Positions 20,440 to 30,750 of a DNA stretch of 64,000 nt are shown here, one piece after another. Under the pieces are notes generated by a model. It was not told the origin of the DNA, searched no databases, and worked only from the letters and a program-made list of their open reading frames with translations. How positions within the stretch are numbered: position 1 is the first letter of the stretch; every line of letters starts with the position of its first letter. The position numbers and the translations under genes are program-made. This DNA is from Gammaproteobacteria bacterium. Its GTDB lineage: Bacteria; Pseudomonadota; Gammaproteobacteria; Eutrophobiales; Eutrophobiaceae. The stretch is from the NCBI GenBank assembly GCA_965221695.1, contig OZ244905.1, positions 2,016,001 to 2,080,000 on the forward strand, written 5' to 3'.

Positions 20440-21333
20440 TCAGACAAGCCTATCAGCCCGACCTTCAGGGGTCAAAACTCGTTTTGACCCACACGCCAGG
20501 GCCAATCTTTCTATCAGCGGGGACCGATTGCATCCCTTGGCGACAAACCCTCGCCATTTTGCCGGCAGCAGGCGCAGGAGTTCCAAGGCCTGGTCTCTTC
20601 CGGACAGCGCCGCGAACACGCTGGCCCCTGTGCCGGACAAGCGGGCCTTTGCCCGGACATTGAGCCAGTCCAACGCCTCCGCCACTTCAGGATAGAGCCG
20701 GCGCGCTACCGGTTCGCAGTCATTACGACATCTTCCCTGCAGAAAATCGTCCGGCGCGACCCGAGGTGTCGCGCGCGCCAATCCCGGATCATTGAATATT
20801 TGCGCAGTTGCGACCGAAACATTGGGATAGATCAGCAAATACCAGTCTTCCGACAGGTCCATAGCAACCAGCTTTTCGCCTACGCCCTCTCCCCAAGCGG
20901 CGAACCCGCGCACGAATACCGGGATGTCAGCGCCCAGGCTCAAACCTGCCTTAGCGAGCTGGTCTGTGGTCAAACCCAACTCCCAAAGGTAATTCAGGGC
21001 CACCAGTGTGGTCGCCGCGTCGGAACTTCCGCCGCCTAATCCCCCGCCAATCGGAATCTTTTTGCGGACGCGTATTTCCGCTCCTTTGCCACTGTCGCTG
21101 ATTTCCTGAAGCAGTCTGGCCGCTCTTACTACCAAATCATCCTGTTGCCGCCACTGGCGGTAATTACGCCGGCAACTAATGCGTCCGTCCGTTGTCGGGG
21201 CGATCAACAACTCGTCAGCCAAATCAAGGAACTGGAACACCGTCTGTAACAGGTGGTAGCCGTCGTCCCGGCGACCGGTAACGTGCAGAAAATGATTTAT
21301 TTTTGCCGGCGCAGGCCAGTGTTGCAGGGACAT
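20440..21333 (-). CDS. ispE: 4-diphosphocytidyl-2-C-methyl-D-erythritol kinase
   Basis: WPAPAKIN, GYHLLQTVFQ, GGGLGGGSSDAA, LGADIP, SGTGASVF. Confidence 0.97.
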   Translation of the reverse strand: MSLQHWPAPAKINHFLHVTGRRDDGYHLLQTVFQFLDLADELLIAPTTDGRISCRRNYRQWRQQDDLVVRAARLLQEISDSGKGAEIRVRKKIPIGGGLGGGSSDAATTLVALNYLWELGLTTDQLAKAGLSLGADIPVFVRGFAAWGEGVGEKLVAMDLSEDWYLLIYPNVSVATAQIFNDPGLARATPRVAPDDFLQGRCRNDCEPVARRLYPEVAEALDWLNVRAKARLSGTGASVFAALSGRDQALELLRLLPAKWRGFVAKGCNRSPLIERLALACGSKRVLTPEGRADRLV

Positions 21334-21950
21334 CAGTTCAGATTCCACTGTCTGACGGACAAGCGCACGCGTAACTGCCCGTTTTCCAGATCCAGTCTCG
21401 CCGGCAAACTTATGCCATCAATTCCAGTGTATGTTTTATAACGTATGGACCAGCCACCCTGGCTCAATTCTCGCAGTCTGTTTTCCCCGTCAAGCAGCAG
21501 CCGGTCTACTTGCAGGGAAGGCGCAGGCAGACCTCTAATCCAGAACACCAGTTCGGACACCGGGAGACGCCATCCGGCCGCCTGGTAGAGCAAGGACTCC
21601 GCGTCCTTGGCCTGCAACACGTTCTTGCCGGCGGCGCGCAATGAGACCGAACCCTCTACGCCGGTCAGCTCATATACCCTGCCGGAGAAAGGGGCGATTA
21701 CCCGAAGGTCAAACTCATCCTTGCGTTGCGTCCAATATAGAGAGCCTGATCCGGATTCGTTGCGGGCGCGCAGACCTATCCTTCCTTGTAGGCGCCAGGC
21801 GTCCAGCCGCGCCAATTCATGCTTTCGAGAGTCCCATGAAGGGATGATCCTGTTTTCTACCGGCGTCTGTACACAAGCACACAGAAAAATTGTCAGCAAC
21901 AGACATGCAGGGATGATCGGCGCTGACAAGCGTTGCGGACTAGCCCGCAT
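21333..21950 (-). CDS. lolB: Outer membrane lipoprotein chaperone LolB
   Basis: Lipobox LCAC, WRLQGRIG, GWRLPV..L.FWIRGLP, GWSIRY; start ATG lies inside the MITE TIR. Confidence 0.92.
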   Translation of the reverse strand: MRASPQRLSAPIIPACLLLTIFLCACVQTPVENRIIPSWDSRKHELARLDAWRLQGRIGLRARNESGSGSLYWTQRKDEFDLRVIAPFSGRVYELTGVEGSVSLRAAGKNVLQAKDAESLLYQAAGWRLPVSELVFWIRGLPAPSLQVDRLLLDGENRLRELSQGGWSIRYKTYTGIDGISLPARLDLENGQLRVRLSVRQWNLN

Positions 21951-22185
21951 TTCTTACCAGGTGATGCGATGATCGCGCCGGATTTTTTGCGCTGACGGGC
22001 GCTTGCAACCGAAAGCATAGCCGTAGCTCTGGTTGATGGAGTATGTGCCCGTCAGCGCAAAAAAGACAAGTGAGGGCGCATCAAGCGTAGCATGCAATGT
22101 TGAAATAGTAGCCATATTAATATAACTCATTGACGGCATATATGTTTCGGGTAGCAACAAGCGACCTGGTGAGAAATGCGGGCTA
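21941..22185. mobile_element. MITE copy 3 (245 bp, diverged)
   Basis: TA|GCCCGCATTTCTTACCAGG ... CCTGGTGAGAAATGCGGGC|TA; same length as copy 1, with matching changes in both TIRs. Confidence 0.9.
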
Positions 22186-23961
22186 AGGGATGAAACGTTC
22201 AATCACATCCAACAGTCGTGAGTCTTCGGGCGTCTGCTGCAAGGCTGTTTCCCAGATTTTTTTTGCCTGTTCCCTTTCACCTCTGACCCAAAGCGCCTCG
22301 CCGAGGTGGGCGGCGATTTCCGGGTCCTGTCTGATATCCAAGGCTTTCCTGAGGTACTCTATAGCCTCATCCAGGCGTCCTAACCGGTACAAGACCCAAC
22401 CCATGCTGTCCAGGATATAAAAATCTGTAGGCCGCAGTTCCAGAGCTCGTTTAATCAACTCATAGGCTTCCTCATACCTGTCGGTAGCATCCGCGAGGGT
22501 ATATCCCAACGCGTTAAGGGCCTGGGCATGATCTGGTTCACGCTCCAGTATGGACCTGAGATCTGTTTCCAGCAAGTCCAGCCTGCCGATTTTTTCCGCC
22601 GCCATGGCCCGCGCGTACAGCAGGTCGGTGTTGTATCCTTTATCAAGTGCTTTCGAGTAAACTGCAATAGCCTCCTCATAACGCTGTGCCTGGATCAGCA
22701 GGTCGCCTTCCGCCTGAACCAGGACTTGCTCTTGATGTCCGCTATTCGGTCGAACAGATCGAAGATGGTCCAGCGCCTCGTCTAGCTGCCCCTCCCTTGC
22801 CAGCAGCACGGCGAGCCGCACCTGGGCATCAAAATAGTGCTCGCCTTGGTACACGCCCTGGTACCAGGCCACGGCTTCGTCGTAGCGTTGCTTTTCTTCT
22901 GCGATGCGTCCCAGATAATAATTGGCGGCATCCGTCAGACGTTCCTGCGCCGATATTTTTTTGAACAGCGTTTCGGCTTGTTCCAGGCGATTGTCCTCCA
23001 GATATAACAATCCCAAGGCATACAAGACATCAATATTTTCTGGCGCCCGGACGACCAGCAACTCGAACTGCTCCAACGCCTGGTCAAATTGCCTGGCATC
23101 CATCAACAGTCTTGCATAAGCCATGCGTAGGCTGAAGTCATTTTCCTGACGCTGGGCCAGCTTCTGTTCCAGCCATGACAAGGCCTGCTGTTTATGGTTC
23201 AGGCGCTGCAGGATCGCGATATAGCTAAGCGCCGCGTTATCATTATCGGGCGCCAGGGCAAGCGTGTCCTCAAGCAATTCACGCGCGCGCTCGAGATCTT
23301 CCAACCTGGCTGCGACATGCGCAAAAGCATACAGCGCGCCGGGGGTATTTTCCTGCGAAGCAACCAGTCTCTCCATCACTTCCAGCGCCGCCTCCTTGTC
23401 TTTTTCGCTTCCCAATAAATTGGCGATCATCCATAGCTTCTGGTCTGCTTCCCCTTCCGAATAAGCAAAAATATCCTGCAAATGTTCAGCCGCCTGCGTC
23501 AGGTCGCCAGCGCGCAAGGTCAAGATGGCTAACGCCTGGTGAGGGTCGGGATTGCGTGGATCCAGTTCCATCCAGAGGCGGGCCGCGGCCAGCGCCGCGT
23601 CATCATCGCGGGCGTAAACCGCGATGCGTGCGGCCCGCTCGGCTATCCTGTGGTCTCTGGTGCGATGAGCCAGATCCAGATAATACTCAATCGAGGTGTC
23701 AAGCATACCCCTGTGCCCGGCTATTTCGGCGACCAGCAGTTTGTAGAGCAGGTCTTCCGAAAGAGCTATTCTGGGGCGTACCGGTTCGACATCGGTAATC
23801 TGCGCCTGCATTTCCGTATCTGCGCGCGCTGACTCGGAATCCAAAGGCGTCACCGTGTTCAGGTTTGTCTGGGCACAGGACGCCGTCATGAGCGCGATCA
23901 GGCACGACACGGCGACGCTTGTGTGGCGTTGGAGTATTCTTATAGCTGACATATAGCGCAT
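22183..23961 (-). CDS. TPR-repeat lipoprotein (conserved hemA-divergent gene)
   Basis: TASC lipobox-like, multiple TPRs, ALNALGYTLAD and DSMGWVLY; typical lolB-upstream location. Confidence 0.9.
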   Translation of the reverse strand: MRYMSAIRILQRHTSVAVSCLIALMTASCAQTNLNTVTPLDSESARADTEMQAQITDVEPVRPRIALSEDLLYKLLVAEIAGHRGMLDTSIEYYLDLAHRTRDHRIAERAARIAVYARDDDAALAAARLWMELDPRNPDPHQALAILTLRAGDLTQAAEHLQDIFAYSEGEADQKLWMIANLLGSEKDKEAALEVMERLVASQENTPGALYAFAHVAARLEDLERARELLEDTLALAPDNDNAALSYIAILQRLNHKQQALSWLEQKLAQRQENDFSLRMAYARLLMDARQFDQALEQFELLVVRAPENIDVLYALGLLYLEDNRLEQAETLFKKISAQERLTDAANYYLGRIAEEKQRYDEAVAWYQGVYQGEHYFDAQVRLAVLLAREGQLDEALDHLRSVRPNSGHQEQVLVQAEGDLLIQAQRYEEAIAVYSKALDKGYNTDLLYARAMAAEKIGRLDLLETDLRSILEREPDHAQALNALGYTLADATDRYEEAYELIKRALELRPTDFYILDSMGWVLYRLGRLDEAIEYLRKALDIRQDPEIAAHLGEALWVRGEREQAKKIWETALQQTPEDSRLLDVIERFIP

Positions 23962-24026
23962 CCCGCGATTGTATCCTTAACCCGAGGTAAATCAAAACCG
24001 GACAACGTGATAGAATATATCCAATT

Positions 24027-25310
24027 ATGGCGCTTTTGGCTTTTGGTCTCAACCATACGACTGCTCCCCTGGAGGTACGCGAAAAAGTGACCTTCGGCGA
24101 AGATGTGCTGGAGGGAGCGCTGACCGAGTTAACCAGGCAAACGGGCATTGACGAGGCGGCTATCCTGTCCACCTGCAACCGCACCGAAATCTATTGCAAC
24201 CTGAATGCGGTCGATCAGTCCGAACCTATTGACTGGTTTTCCGGCTTTCATGGTTGCCGGGGAAATGAATTGCGCGGCTATCTTTACACTCACCCGGACG
24301 CCGGCGCAGTCAAACATGTGCTGCGCGTTGCCAGCGGTCTGGACTCGATGGTGATTGGCGAACCCCAGGTGCTGGGGCAACTGAAACAAGCTTACCAGGC
24401 CGCCAGAGAAGCTGGCAGTATTGGGAAATTGCTGAACCGGCTGTTTCAGCATTCGTTCAAAGTCGCCAAAGATGTGCGCAGCAATACCATGATCGGAGAT
24501 CATCCTGTGTCCGTCGCGTACGCGGCTGTGCGGCTTGCCAAACAGATATTTGGCGATCTGTCCAGGCAGACTGTGTTGCTCATCGGCGCGGGTGAAACCG
24601 TTGAGCTGGCGGCAAAACACCTTAATGACAGTGGCCTGCAGAAGATGATTGTCGCCAACCGCACACTGGACAGAGCGCAGAAACTGGCGCGCGAATACTC
24701 CGCTTACGCGATCACATTGGAGGAAATACCTATGCGCCTGGATGAGGCTGACATTGTCATCTCATCTACCGCCAGCTCCGTCCCGTTGCTGCACAAGAGC
24801 GCCATGGAGACGGCGCTGTTGCGGCGTAGACACAAACCGGTCTTTGTTCTTGATATAGCCGTGCCGAGAGATGTAGAGCCCGAGGTGGGCGAACTGGAAG
24901 ATATCTATTTGTACACCGTTGACGACCTGAAGAGTATTATCGATGACAATATCAAAACCCGGCGCGAGGCGGCTGGGCAGGCGGAACAGATTATCGACGC
25001 CGAGGTGACCCGTTTCATGGACTGGGTGGATTCACAGGATATCATAGCAACCATCCGGGCGCTGCGCAGGCAGGCAGAGCAGGCACGCGCGCAAACACTG
25101 GAAGCGGCGCTGCTGAAATTGCAGCGCGGCGCGGCGCCCAAAGACCTGCTGCGCGAAGTGACGCGGTCGCTGACCAACAAATTGATCCACCCTCCCAGCG
25201 CCAGGCTGAACAGGCTTGATGCCGGTGACAAAGAGGCTATGCTTCGGGCAGTCCGGAGTTTGTACGACCTGACTCCGGATGATGATCTGCATTCCGAGGA
25301 AGATACATAA
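24027..25310 (+). CDS. hemA: Glutamyl-tRNA reductase
   Basis: [36 protein letters not shown]. Confidence 0.97.
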   Translation: MALLAFGLNHTTAPLEVREKVTFGEDVLEGALTELTRQTGIDEAAILSTCNRTEIYCNLNAVDQSEPIDWFSGFHGCRGNELRGYLYTHPDAGAVKHVLRVASGLDSMVIGEPQVLGQLKQAYQAAREAGSIGKLLNRLFQHSFKVAKDVRSNTMIGDHPVSVAYAAVRLAKQIFGDLSRQTVLLIGAGETVELAAKHLNDSGLQKMIVANRTLDRAQKLAREYSAYAITLEEIPMRLDEADIVISSTASSVPLLHKSAMETALLRRRHKPVFVLDIAVPRDVEPEVGELEDIYLYTVDDLKSIIDDNIKTRREAAGQAEQIIDAEVTRFMDWVDSQDIIATIRALRRQAEQARAQTLEAALLKLQRGAAPKDLLREVTRSLTNKLIHPPSARLNRLDAGDKEAMLRAVRSLYDLTPDDDLHSEEDT

Positions 25311-25333
25311 TCGCTCCGGCGCGGATTTATCCC

Positions 25334-26419
25334 ATGAAAGAAAGTCTACAAGCGAAACTGGAAAAGCTGAGCGTCCGCCGGGAAGAGATCTACGCGCAGT
25401 TGGCTGTGCCCGACGTCATCAACGATCAGAATCGCTACCGGGAACTTAATAAGGAAGCGGCGGAAATCGGCCCCATAGTAAATTGCTTTAACAACTACCT
25501 CTCAAGCCAGACCGCTTTGGACAACGCCAAAACCATGTTGAAAGATGACGATCAGGAGATACGAGAACTTGCCGCCGAAGAAATAGAGGCTTACCGGCAG
25601 CAGCTCGAGGCGTTGGAAGCGGAACTACAAAAACTCCTTTTGCCAAAAGACCCGTCGGACAAAAGCAATATCTTCCTGGAAATCCGCGCAGGCACGGGCG
25701 GCGAGGAAGCGGCATTGTTCTCAGCAGATCTCATGCGCATGTATTCCCGATATACAGAGCAGCGCAACTGGCAGCTTGAACTATTGAGCGCCACGGAAAG
25801 CGACCTTGACGGATACAAAGCGATTACCATGCGCATCATTGGCAACGAGGCTTATTCCCGGTTGAAATTCGAATCCGGCGCGCACCGAGTACAACGGGTG
25901 CCGGAAACGGAGTCTCAAGGGCGCATACATACGTCGGCCTGCACTGTTGCGGTGTTACCCGAGGCCGACGAGATCAATGAAATCGAGCTCAATTCGGCCG
26001 ACCTGCGGACGGATACCTTTCGCGCGTCCGGCGCCGGCGGCCAGCACGTTAACAAAACGGATTCAGCCATTCGCATAACCCACCTGCCCAGCGGTATAGT
26101 CGTGGAATGCCAGGACGAGCGCTCCCAGCATAAAAATCGCGCTCGGGCCATGTCCTTGTTGCGGGCGAAACTGCTTGCCGCCGAAAAAACGAAACAGGCA
26201 ATGGAAATTGCCGAAAATCGGCGCAATCTAATCGGTTCAGGGGATCGGTCGGAACGCATCAGGACTTATAATTTCCCGCAGGGCAGGGTGACCGACCACA
26301 GGATCGGTCTTACCCTGTACCGCCTCGAAGAAATCTTACAGGGCGAGCTGGATATGATTATTGACCCGTTGATCAACGAACACCAGGCTGATCAACTGGC
26401 CGCCCTGGGTGAAGAATGA
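25334..26419 (+). CDS. prfA: Peptide chain release factor 1
   Basis: [30 protein letters not shown]. Confidence 0.97.
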   Translation: MKESLQAKLEKLSVRREEIYAQLAVPDVINDQNRYRELNKEAAEIGPIVNCFNNYLSSQTALDNAKTMLKDDDQEIRELAAEEIEAYRQQLEALEAELQKLLLPKDPSDKSNIFLEIRAGTGGEEAALFSADLMRMYSRYTEQRNWQLELLSATESDLDGYKAITMRIIGNEAYSRLKFESGAHRVQRVPETESQGRIHTSACTVAVLPEADEINEIELNSADLRTDTFRASGAGGQHVNKTDSAIRITHLPSGIVVECQDERSQHKNRARAMSLLRAKLLAAEKTKQAMEIAENRRNLIGSGDRSERIRTYNFPQGRVTDHRIGLTLYRLEEILQGELDMIIDPLINEHQADQLAALGEE

Positions 26420-26432
26420 GCGCGTATTAACG

Positions 26433-27269
26433 ATGCGGAACGTCAGACAATTGCTGCAGTTTGCAAGCGGCCGGCTTGGCATTTCTGATAGCCCGCGCCT
26501 GGATGCTGAAGTGTTGCTTGCCAACGTGCTCGGAATTGAGCGGAGCCGACTGTATGCCTGCCCGGAGATGGTTGCGCCGCAAGCTTCCGTCGCAGACTTC
26601 CTGCGCCTGCTGGAGAGCCGGCGCGCCGGATACCCGGTGGCTTATCTGACCGGGCACAAGGAATTCCGGTCCAGAACATTCCAGGTAAACCGCCATACCC
26701 TGATACCCAGACCGGAAACGGAATTGCTCGTGGAAGCCGCCCTGGAGCGACTTCCGGTTCAAGGCCAGGCTGAGGTTCTTGATCTGGGAACCGGGAGCGG
26801 CTCGATCGCCATCGCCATTGCAGCCGAGCATCCTGATTGCGCGGTCACGGCCATAGACCTCAGCGCCGATGCGCTGGCTGTTGCCCGGAAGAATGCCGCA
26901 GCAAACAATGCCGGCAATGTATCCTTTGAGCGATCGGACTGGTTCGCGAATCTCGGCAATCGGCGTTTCGACGCCATTTTATGCAATCCCCCTTATGTGC
27001 ATTTTCCCCGCACGGGGCTGCCACCCGAGGCGCTTCGGTATGAGCCTCGCCTGGCGCTGGACGGCGGACATAACGGTACGGCTTGCCTCAGGATCGTCAT
27101 TGCAAGCGCTTTCAGGCATATCAAACCGGGTGGCTTTATGATCGTCGAACATGCCCACGACCAGGCTGACTTCGTCAGAGAACAATTCAGGGTCAACTAT
27201 TACCGTGATATCAGCAGCGAGCGCGACTATGCCGGCCTTGAGCGCTATACCTGCGCTTTGCGCGGCTGA
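26433..27269 (+). CDS. prmC: Release factor glutamine methyltransferase PrmC (HemK)
   Basis: LIPRPETE, DLGTGSG, NPPY, YEPRLAL. Confidence 0.95.
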   Translation: MRNVRQLLQFASGRLGISDSPRLDAEVLLANVLGIERSRLYACPEMVAPQASVADFLRLLESRRAGYPVAYLTGHKEFRSRTFQVNRHTLIPRPETELLVEAALERLPVQGQAEVLDLGTGSGSIAIAIAAEHPDCAVTAIDLSADALAVARKNAAANNAGNVSFERSDWFANLGNRRFDAILCNPPYVHFPRTGLPPEALRYEPRLALDGGHNGTACLRIVIASAFRHIKPGGFMIVEHAHDQADFVREQFRVNYYRDISSERDYAGLERYTCALRG

Positions 27270-27273
27270 CCCC

Positions 27274-28032
27274 ATGAACGACGAACAACTGTTGAGGTAC
27301 AGCCGGCAAATTATGCTGCCTGAGATAGACGCACAAGGGCAACTACGGCTGGCACAATCTACGGTCCTAATGATAGGCGTCGGAGGGCTGGGCTCCGCCT
27401 GCTCCATTTACCTGGCGGCAGGCGGTATCGGACACATCATCCTTGCCGATTTTGACCATGTGGACCTTTCCAACCTGCAACGCCAGATACTCTATAATAC
27501 TGCCGATATCGGGCGGCCCAAGGTAGAAGCTGCCGCCGAACGTTTGCGCGCACTTAATCCGGACGTAAAACTGACTCTGATTGAACGCGCGTTGGCGGAG
27601 GACGAATTATTGAACTACGCTCGGCAGGCGGATGTCATTATCGACGGCAGCGATAATTTCACGACGCGCTTTGCCGTGAACAAGACTTCCGTTTTGACCG
27701 GAACGCCGCTGGTTTCCGCTGCCGCTATCCGTTTTGAAGCGCAGGTCAGCGTATTCAACCCGAATAGCGGAACTTCTCCCTGTTATCGCTGTCTTTACAA
27801 AGACGATGCGGAAGTGGAAGCAACCTGTACTGCCAACGGCGTGCTGGCGCCCTTGCTGGGCATCGCCGGGAGCATCCAGGCAACGGAAACCATGAAACTG
27901 CTCATGGGTCTGGGGGACACGTTACAGGGACGTCTGCTGCTAATTGACGTTATGGCAATGGAATGGCACATAGCTACACTGCCAAAAGACCCTGATTGTC
28001 CAGTGTGTGGTAAAATGCGCGCAGATGTGTGA
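27274..28032 (+). CDS. moeB: Molybdopterin-synthase adenylyltransferase MoeB/ThiF
   Basis: RYSRQI, GVGGLG, SNLQRQ, CYRC and CPVC Zn motifs. Confidence 0.92.
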   Translation: MNDEQLLRYSRQIMLPEIDAQGQLRLAQSTVLMIGVGGLGSACSIYLAAGGIGHIILADFDHVDLSNLQRQILYNTADIGRPKVEAAAERLRALNPDVKLTLIERALAEDELLNYARQADVIIDGSDNFTTRFAVNKTSVLTGTPLVSAAAIRFEAQVSVFNPNSGTSPCYRCLYKDDAEVEATCTANGVLAPLLGIAGSIQATETMKLLMGLGDTLQGRLLLIDVMAMEWHIATLPKDPDCPVCGKMRADV

Positions 28033-28044
28033 ACCAATATAAAT

Positions 28045-29187
28045 ATGAACAATCAGGGATTAAAAATGCGCTTTGTCACCATAACAATGGGCGTCTTGTT
28101 GCTCATCTCTCTGATCGCGACCGCCCAGGAAGATGCGCAGATCTCCAAGGAATTCACCAAGACTTATCGCGCCTATAATACCGCCTACTCACAACGAAAT
28201 TATACGCGCGCTGCCGATCTTGCGCGCAAAGCGCTTGACCTGGCTATAGGTGAACTTGGCGCGGACCATGAAAAGATTCCTGTCCTGCAGGTCAACCTTG
28301 CCCATGTCCTGATCATAATGGGAGAAATGGAACAAGCTGAGCCACTCCTGCTGCAGGCAAAAGCCAAGATGATCCAGCAACTTGGCGCGGATAGTCCGGA
28401 TCTGATTACCATTCATGAGGACCATGCCAAGATCTATGCCAGCAAACAAGAACTGGACAAAGCCAACGAAGAGCTAGACACGATCATCTCGATCATTACG
28501 CAACAGGCAGGCGCCAGGGCGCCGGGTATCGCCAATGTGCTGGTCCAGCAAGCGGCCATTCATATCGCCCAGGAAAAGATGGACAAGGGTGAGGCAGCCT
28601 ATCTTGAGGCGCAGGCTATTTTCGACGAGAACTTTGGCCAGGGCAATGTGCGTTCCGCGGACGTTATCTCTTTGCTCGGAGATATCGACATAACCCGCCG
28701 GGACTATGAGCAGGCGGAACAGAAATACCTGGAGGCGTTGCGCATCTATGAGGACAACCTGGTCGAAGATGATCCGATTGTTGTAGCAAACCATTCCCGC
28801 CTGGCGAAATTGTATGTCGCCCTGCGCGACGATAAATTTGCCGACCACGCCGACAAGGTAATCCGTTATACTCCAGATAAGGACGGGCCGGCCGTACCGC
28901 TGTTTGTGATGCAACCAAAATACCCGATTTTCGAAGATGGCGTCAGACCGACAGGGTGGGCGTTGGTGGAATTCACGGTCACCATGGACGGGCGCGTTAT
29001 GAATCCGGAAATCGTCGAATCGAGACCGGGGAATATTTTTAACCAGGTAACCCTGGATGTCACCCCGACTTGGCGGTTCAAGCCCAAGGTAGTGGACGGG
29101 CAGCGAGTGGACCAGGAAAATACCCGGGTGCGGCTGGTGTTTATCGAGGACAACATCGAGGTGTACTTCGGGGAGTTGAAACTGTGA
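28045..29187 (+). CDS. TPR-repeat plus TonB C-terminal domain protein
   Basis: Signal or TM anchor, ~42-aa kinesin-light-chain-type TPRs, C-terminal PKYP..GWALVEFTV..G.V....W.F.P TonB_C. Confidence 0.85.
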   Translation: MNNQGLKMRFVTITMGVLLLISLIATAQEDAQISKEFTKTYRAYNTAYSQRNYTRAADLARKALDLAIGELGADHEKIPVLQVNLAHVLIIMGEMEQAEPLLLQAKAKMIQQLGADSPDLITIHEDHAKIYASKQELDKANEELDTIISIITQQAGARAPGIANVLVQQAAIHIAQEKMDKGEAAYLEAQAIFDENFGQGNVRSADVISLLGDIDITRRDYEQAEQKYLEALRIYEDNLVEDDPIVVANHSRLAKLYVALRDDKFADHADKVIRYTPDKDGPAVPLFVMQPKYPIFEDGVRPTGWALVEFTVTMDGRVMNPEIVESRPGNIFNQVTLDVTPTWRFKPKVVDGQRVDQENTRVRLVFIEDNIEVYFGELKL

Positions 29188-29243
29188 ATTTAACCCGAAA
29201 ATCGGCAGGAAGGCTAATTCACGCAACAGCTTGCCGGCGCCGC

Positions 29244-29278
29244 TTAAAGAAAGTCTGATTAAGTCAGAGTTTTCTTAA
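29244..29278. repeat. GGAACCTCTGA-family palindrome; supplies dgkA stop
   Basis: TTAAAGAAAGTCTGATTAAGTCAGAGTTTTCTTAA. Confidence 0.75.
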
Positions 29279-29640
29279 TTAAAAAGAACCAGCGCCCATA
29301 CAAGAACGACATTACCCAAGGCCAGAAATACGGCTGCAGAGGCAATGTCCTTGGCCTTGCCGGACAATTCGTGGTATTCAGCGCCAATACGGTCCACCAC
29401 ATACTCAACACCAGTATTGATCAATTCGACGATCAATACGAGCAACACACTGCCGGCCAGTAATGCCCGTTCAACCCCGTTGTCGCCCAGCCACAGACCG
29501 AGGGGCAATAAAACTGCGGCCAGAGCCAGTTCCTGCCGAAATGCCACCTCTGTTTTATAGCAGGCAACCAAGCCTTGACAGGAGTACATTGCGGCCCTGA
29601 TGATGCGGGCAATCCCAGTCGGTTTTTTTTCTTCCGTCAT
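29275..29640 (-). CDS. dgkA: Diacylglycerol kinase
   Basis: EVAFRQE, VELINTGVE.VVD, AKDIASAAV. Confidence 0.95.
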   Translation of the reverse strand: MTEEKKPTGIARIIRAAMYSCQGLVACYKTEVAFRQELALAAVLLPLGLWLGDNGVERALLAGSVLLVLIVELINTGVEYVVDRIGAEYHELSGKAKDIASAAVFLALGNVVLVWALVLFN

Positions 29641-29703
29641 TGAACGCAGCAAGTGATCGTTTCCATACTGGCATTATAAAGAATTTACAGAAGGGGATGA
29701 TAG

Positions 29704-30750
29704 TCAGTCGGCAAAATCAGGCTGAAAGATTACCAGGTGGTCGATCTCCGGGCGGATGCCTATTTTTTCACCTATAGCGTGGTCGTGATGGCTGGGCGCC
29801 AGGCTTAGTATCCGGGTGCCGCTGGGCAAGGCCAGGGTATAGAGAAACTGGGCGCCACGGAAGACCTTGTCCTCAATTAGAGCAGTCTGTTGGCTGGCGT
29901 CGTCGTGCGCAATGTCGTCCGGGCGTATCAAAACGGACACCCTGGACCGCGTCGCGCTACCATGGGGAGCGGCGGCGCTCAGCACGCCCAGTTCTGTCTC
30001 TATCTCCGTATTGCTCAATACGACGCCGGCTAGCAATACACCTTCACCGATAAATCGGGCTATCTGCGGATCTGCGGGACGATGGTAAAGGTTGAAGGCA
30101 TTATCCCATTGCAACAGTTTGCCGTCATGGATGACACCGATCTCGTCCGCCATAGCAAAGGCTTCAAGCTGGTTGTGGGTCACCAGGATGACGGTGACGC
30201 CGTCCCGCTTGAGGATTGCGCGCAGTTCTCGGGCGAGCTGCTCCCTAAGCTCTATATCCATGTTTGAGAACGGTTCATCCAGCAACAGAATATCCGGACG
30301 CGGAGCCAGCGCGCGCGCGATAGCAACCCGTTGTTGCTGGCCGCCCGATAGCTGGTGCGGAAATTTGTGCTGGAAATCGGCGATCTCCAGCAACTGCGCC
30401 AGCTCGTCTATCCGGCGCTGGCGTTCCACTTTTGCAAGCTCCCGCAAACCGAATGTTATGTTATCGCGCGCGCTCAGGTGTGGAAACAGCGCGAAGTCCT
30501 GGAACACCATACCCACACCCCTTTGCTCTACCGGAACCAGCGCGGCAGGACTGCTGACACAGCGTCTATCGATCCGGACTTCGCCATGCTCGGGCCGCTC
30601 AAACCCTGCGATGGCGCGCAACAAGGTGGTCTTACCGCAGCCGCTCGGGCCCAGCAGACAGCCGATATCCCCTTGCCCAAGACGCAAGGAGAGGTCTGAA
30701 ATGACGGTTTTGCCATCGAACCGGATCGTGAGGTTTATGATTTCAAGCAT
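29704..30750 (-). CDS. fbpC: Fe(III) ABC transporter ATP-binding protein
   Basis: GPSGCGKTT, VFQDFALFPH, LSGGQQQR, LLDEPFS; TOBE tail. Confidence 0.88.
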   Translation of the reverse strand: MLEIINLTIRFDGKTVISDLSLRLGQGDIGCLLGPSGCGKTTLLRAIAGFERPEHGEVRIDRRCVSSPAALVPVEQRGVGMVFQDFALFPHLSARDNITFGLRELAKVERQRRIDELAQLLEIADFQHKFPHQLSGGQQQRVAIARALAPRPDILLLDEPFSNMDIELREQLARELRAILKRDGVTVILVTHNQLEAFAMADEIGVIHDGKLLQWDNAFNLYHRPADPQIARFIGEGVLLAGVVLSNTEIETELGVLSAAAPHGSATRSRVSVLIRPDDIAHDDASQQTALIEDKVFRGAQFLYTLALPSGTRILSLAPSHHDHAIGEKIGIRPEIDHLVIFQPDFAD

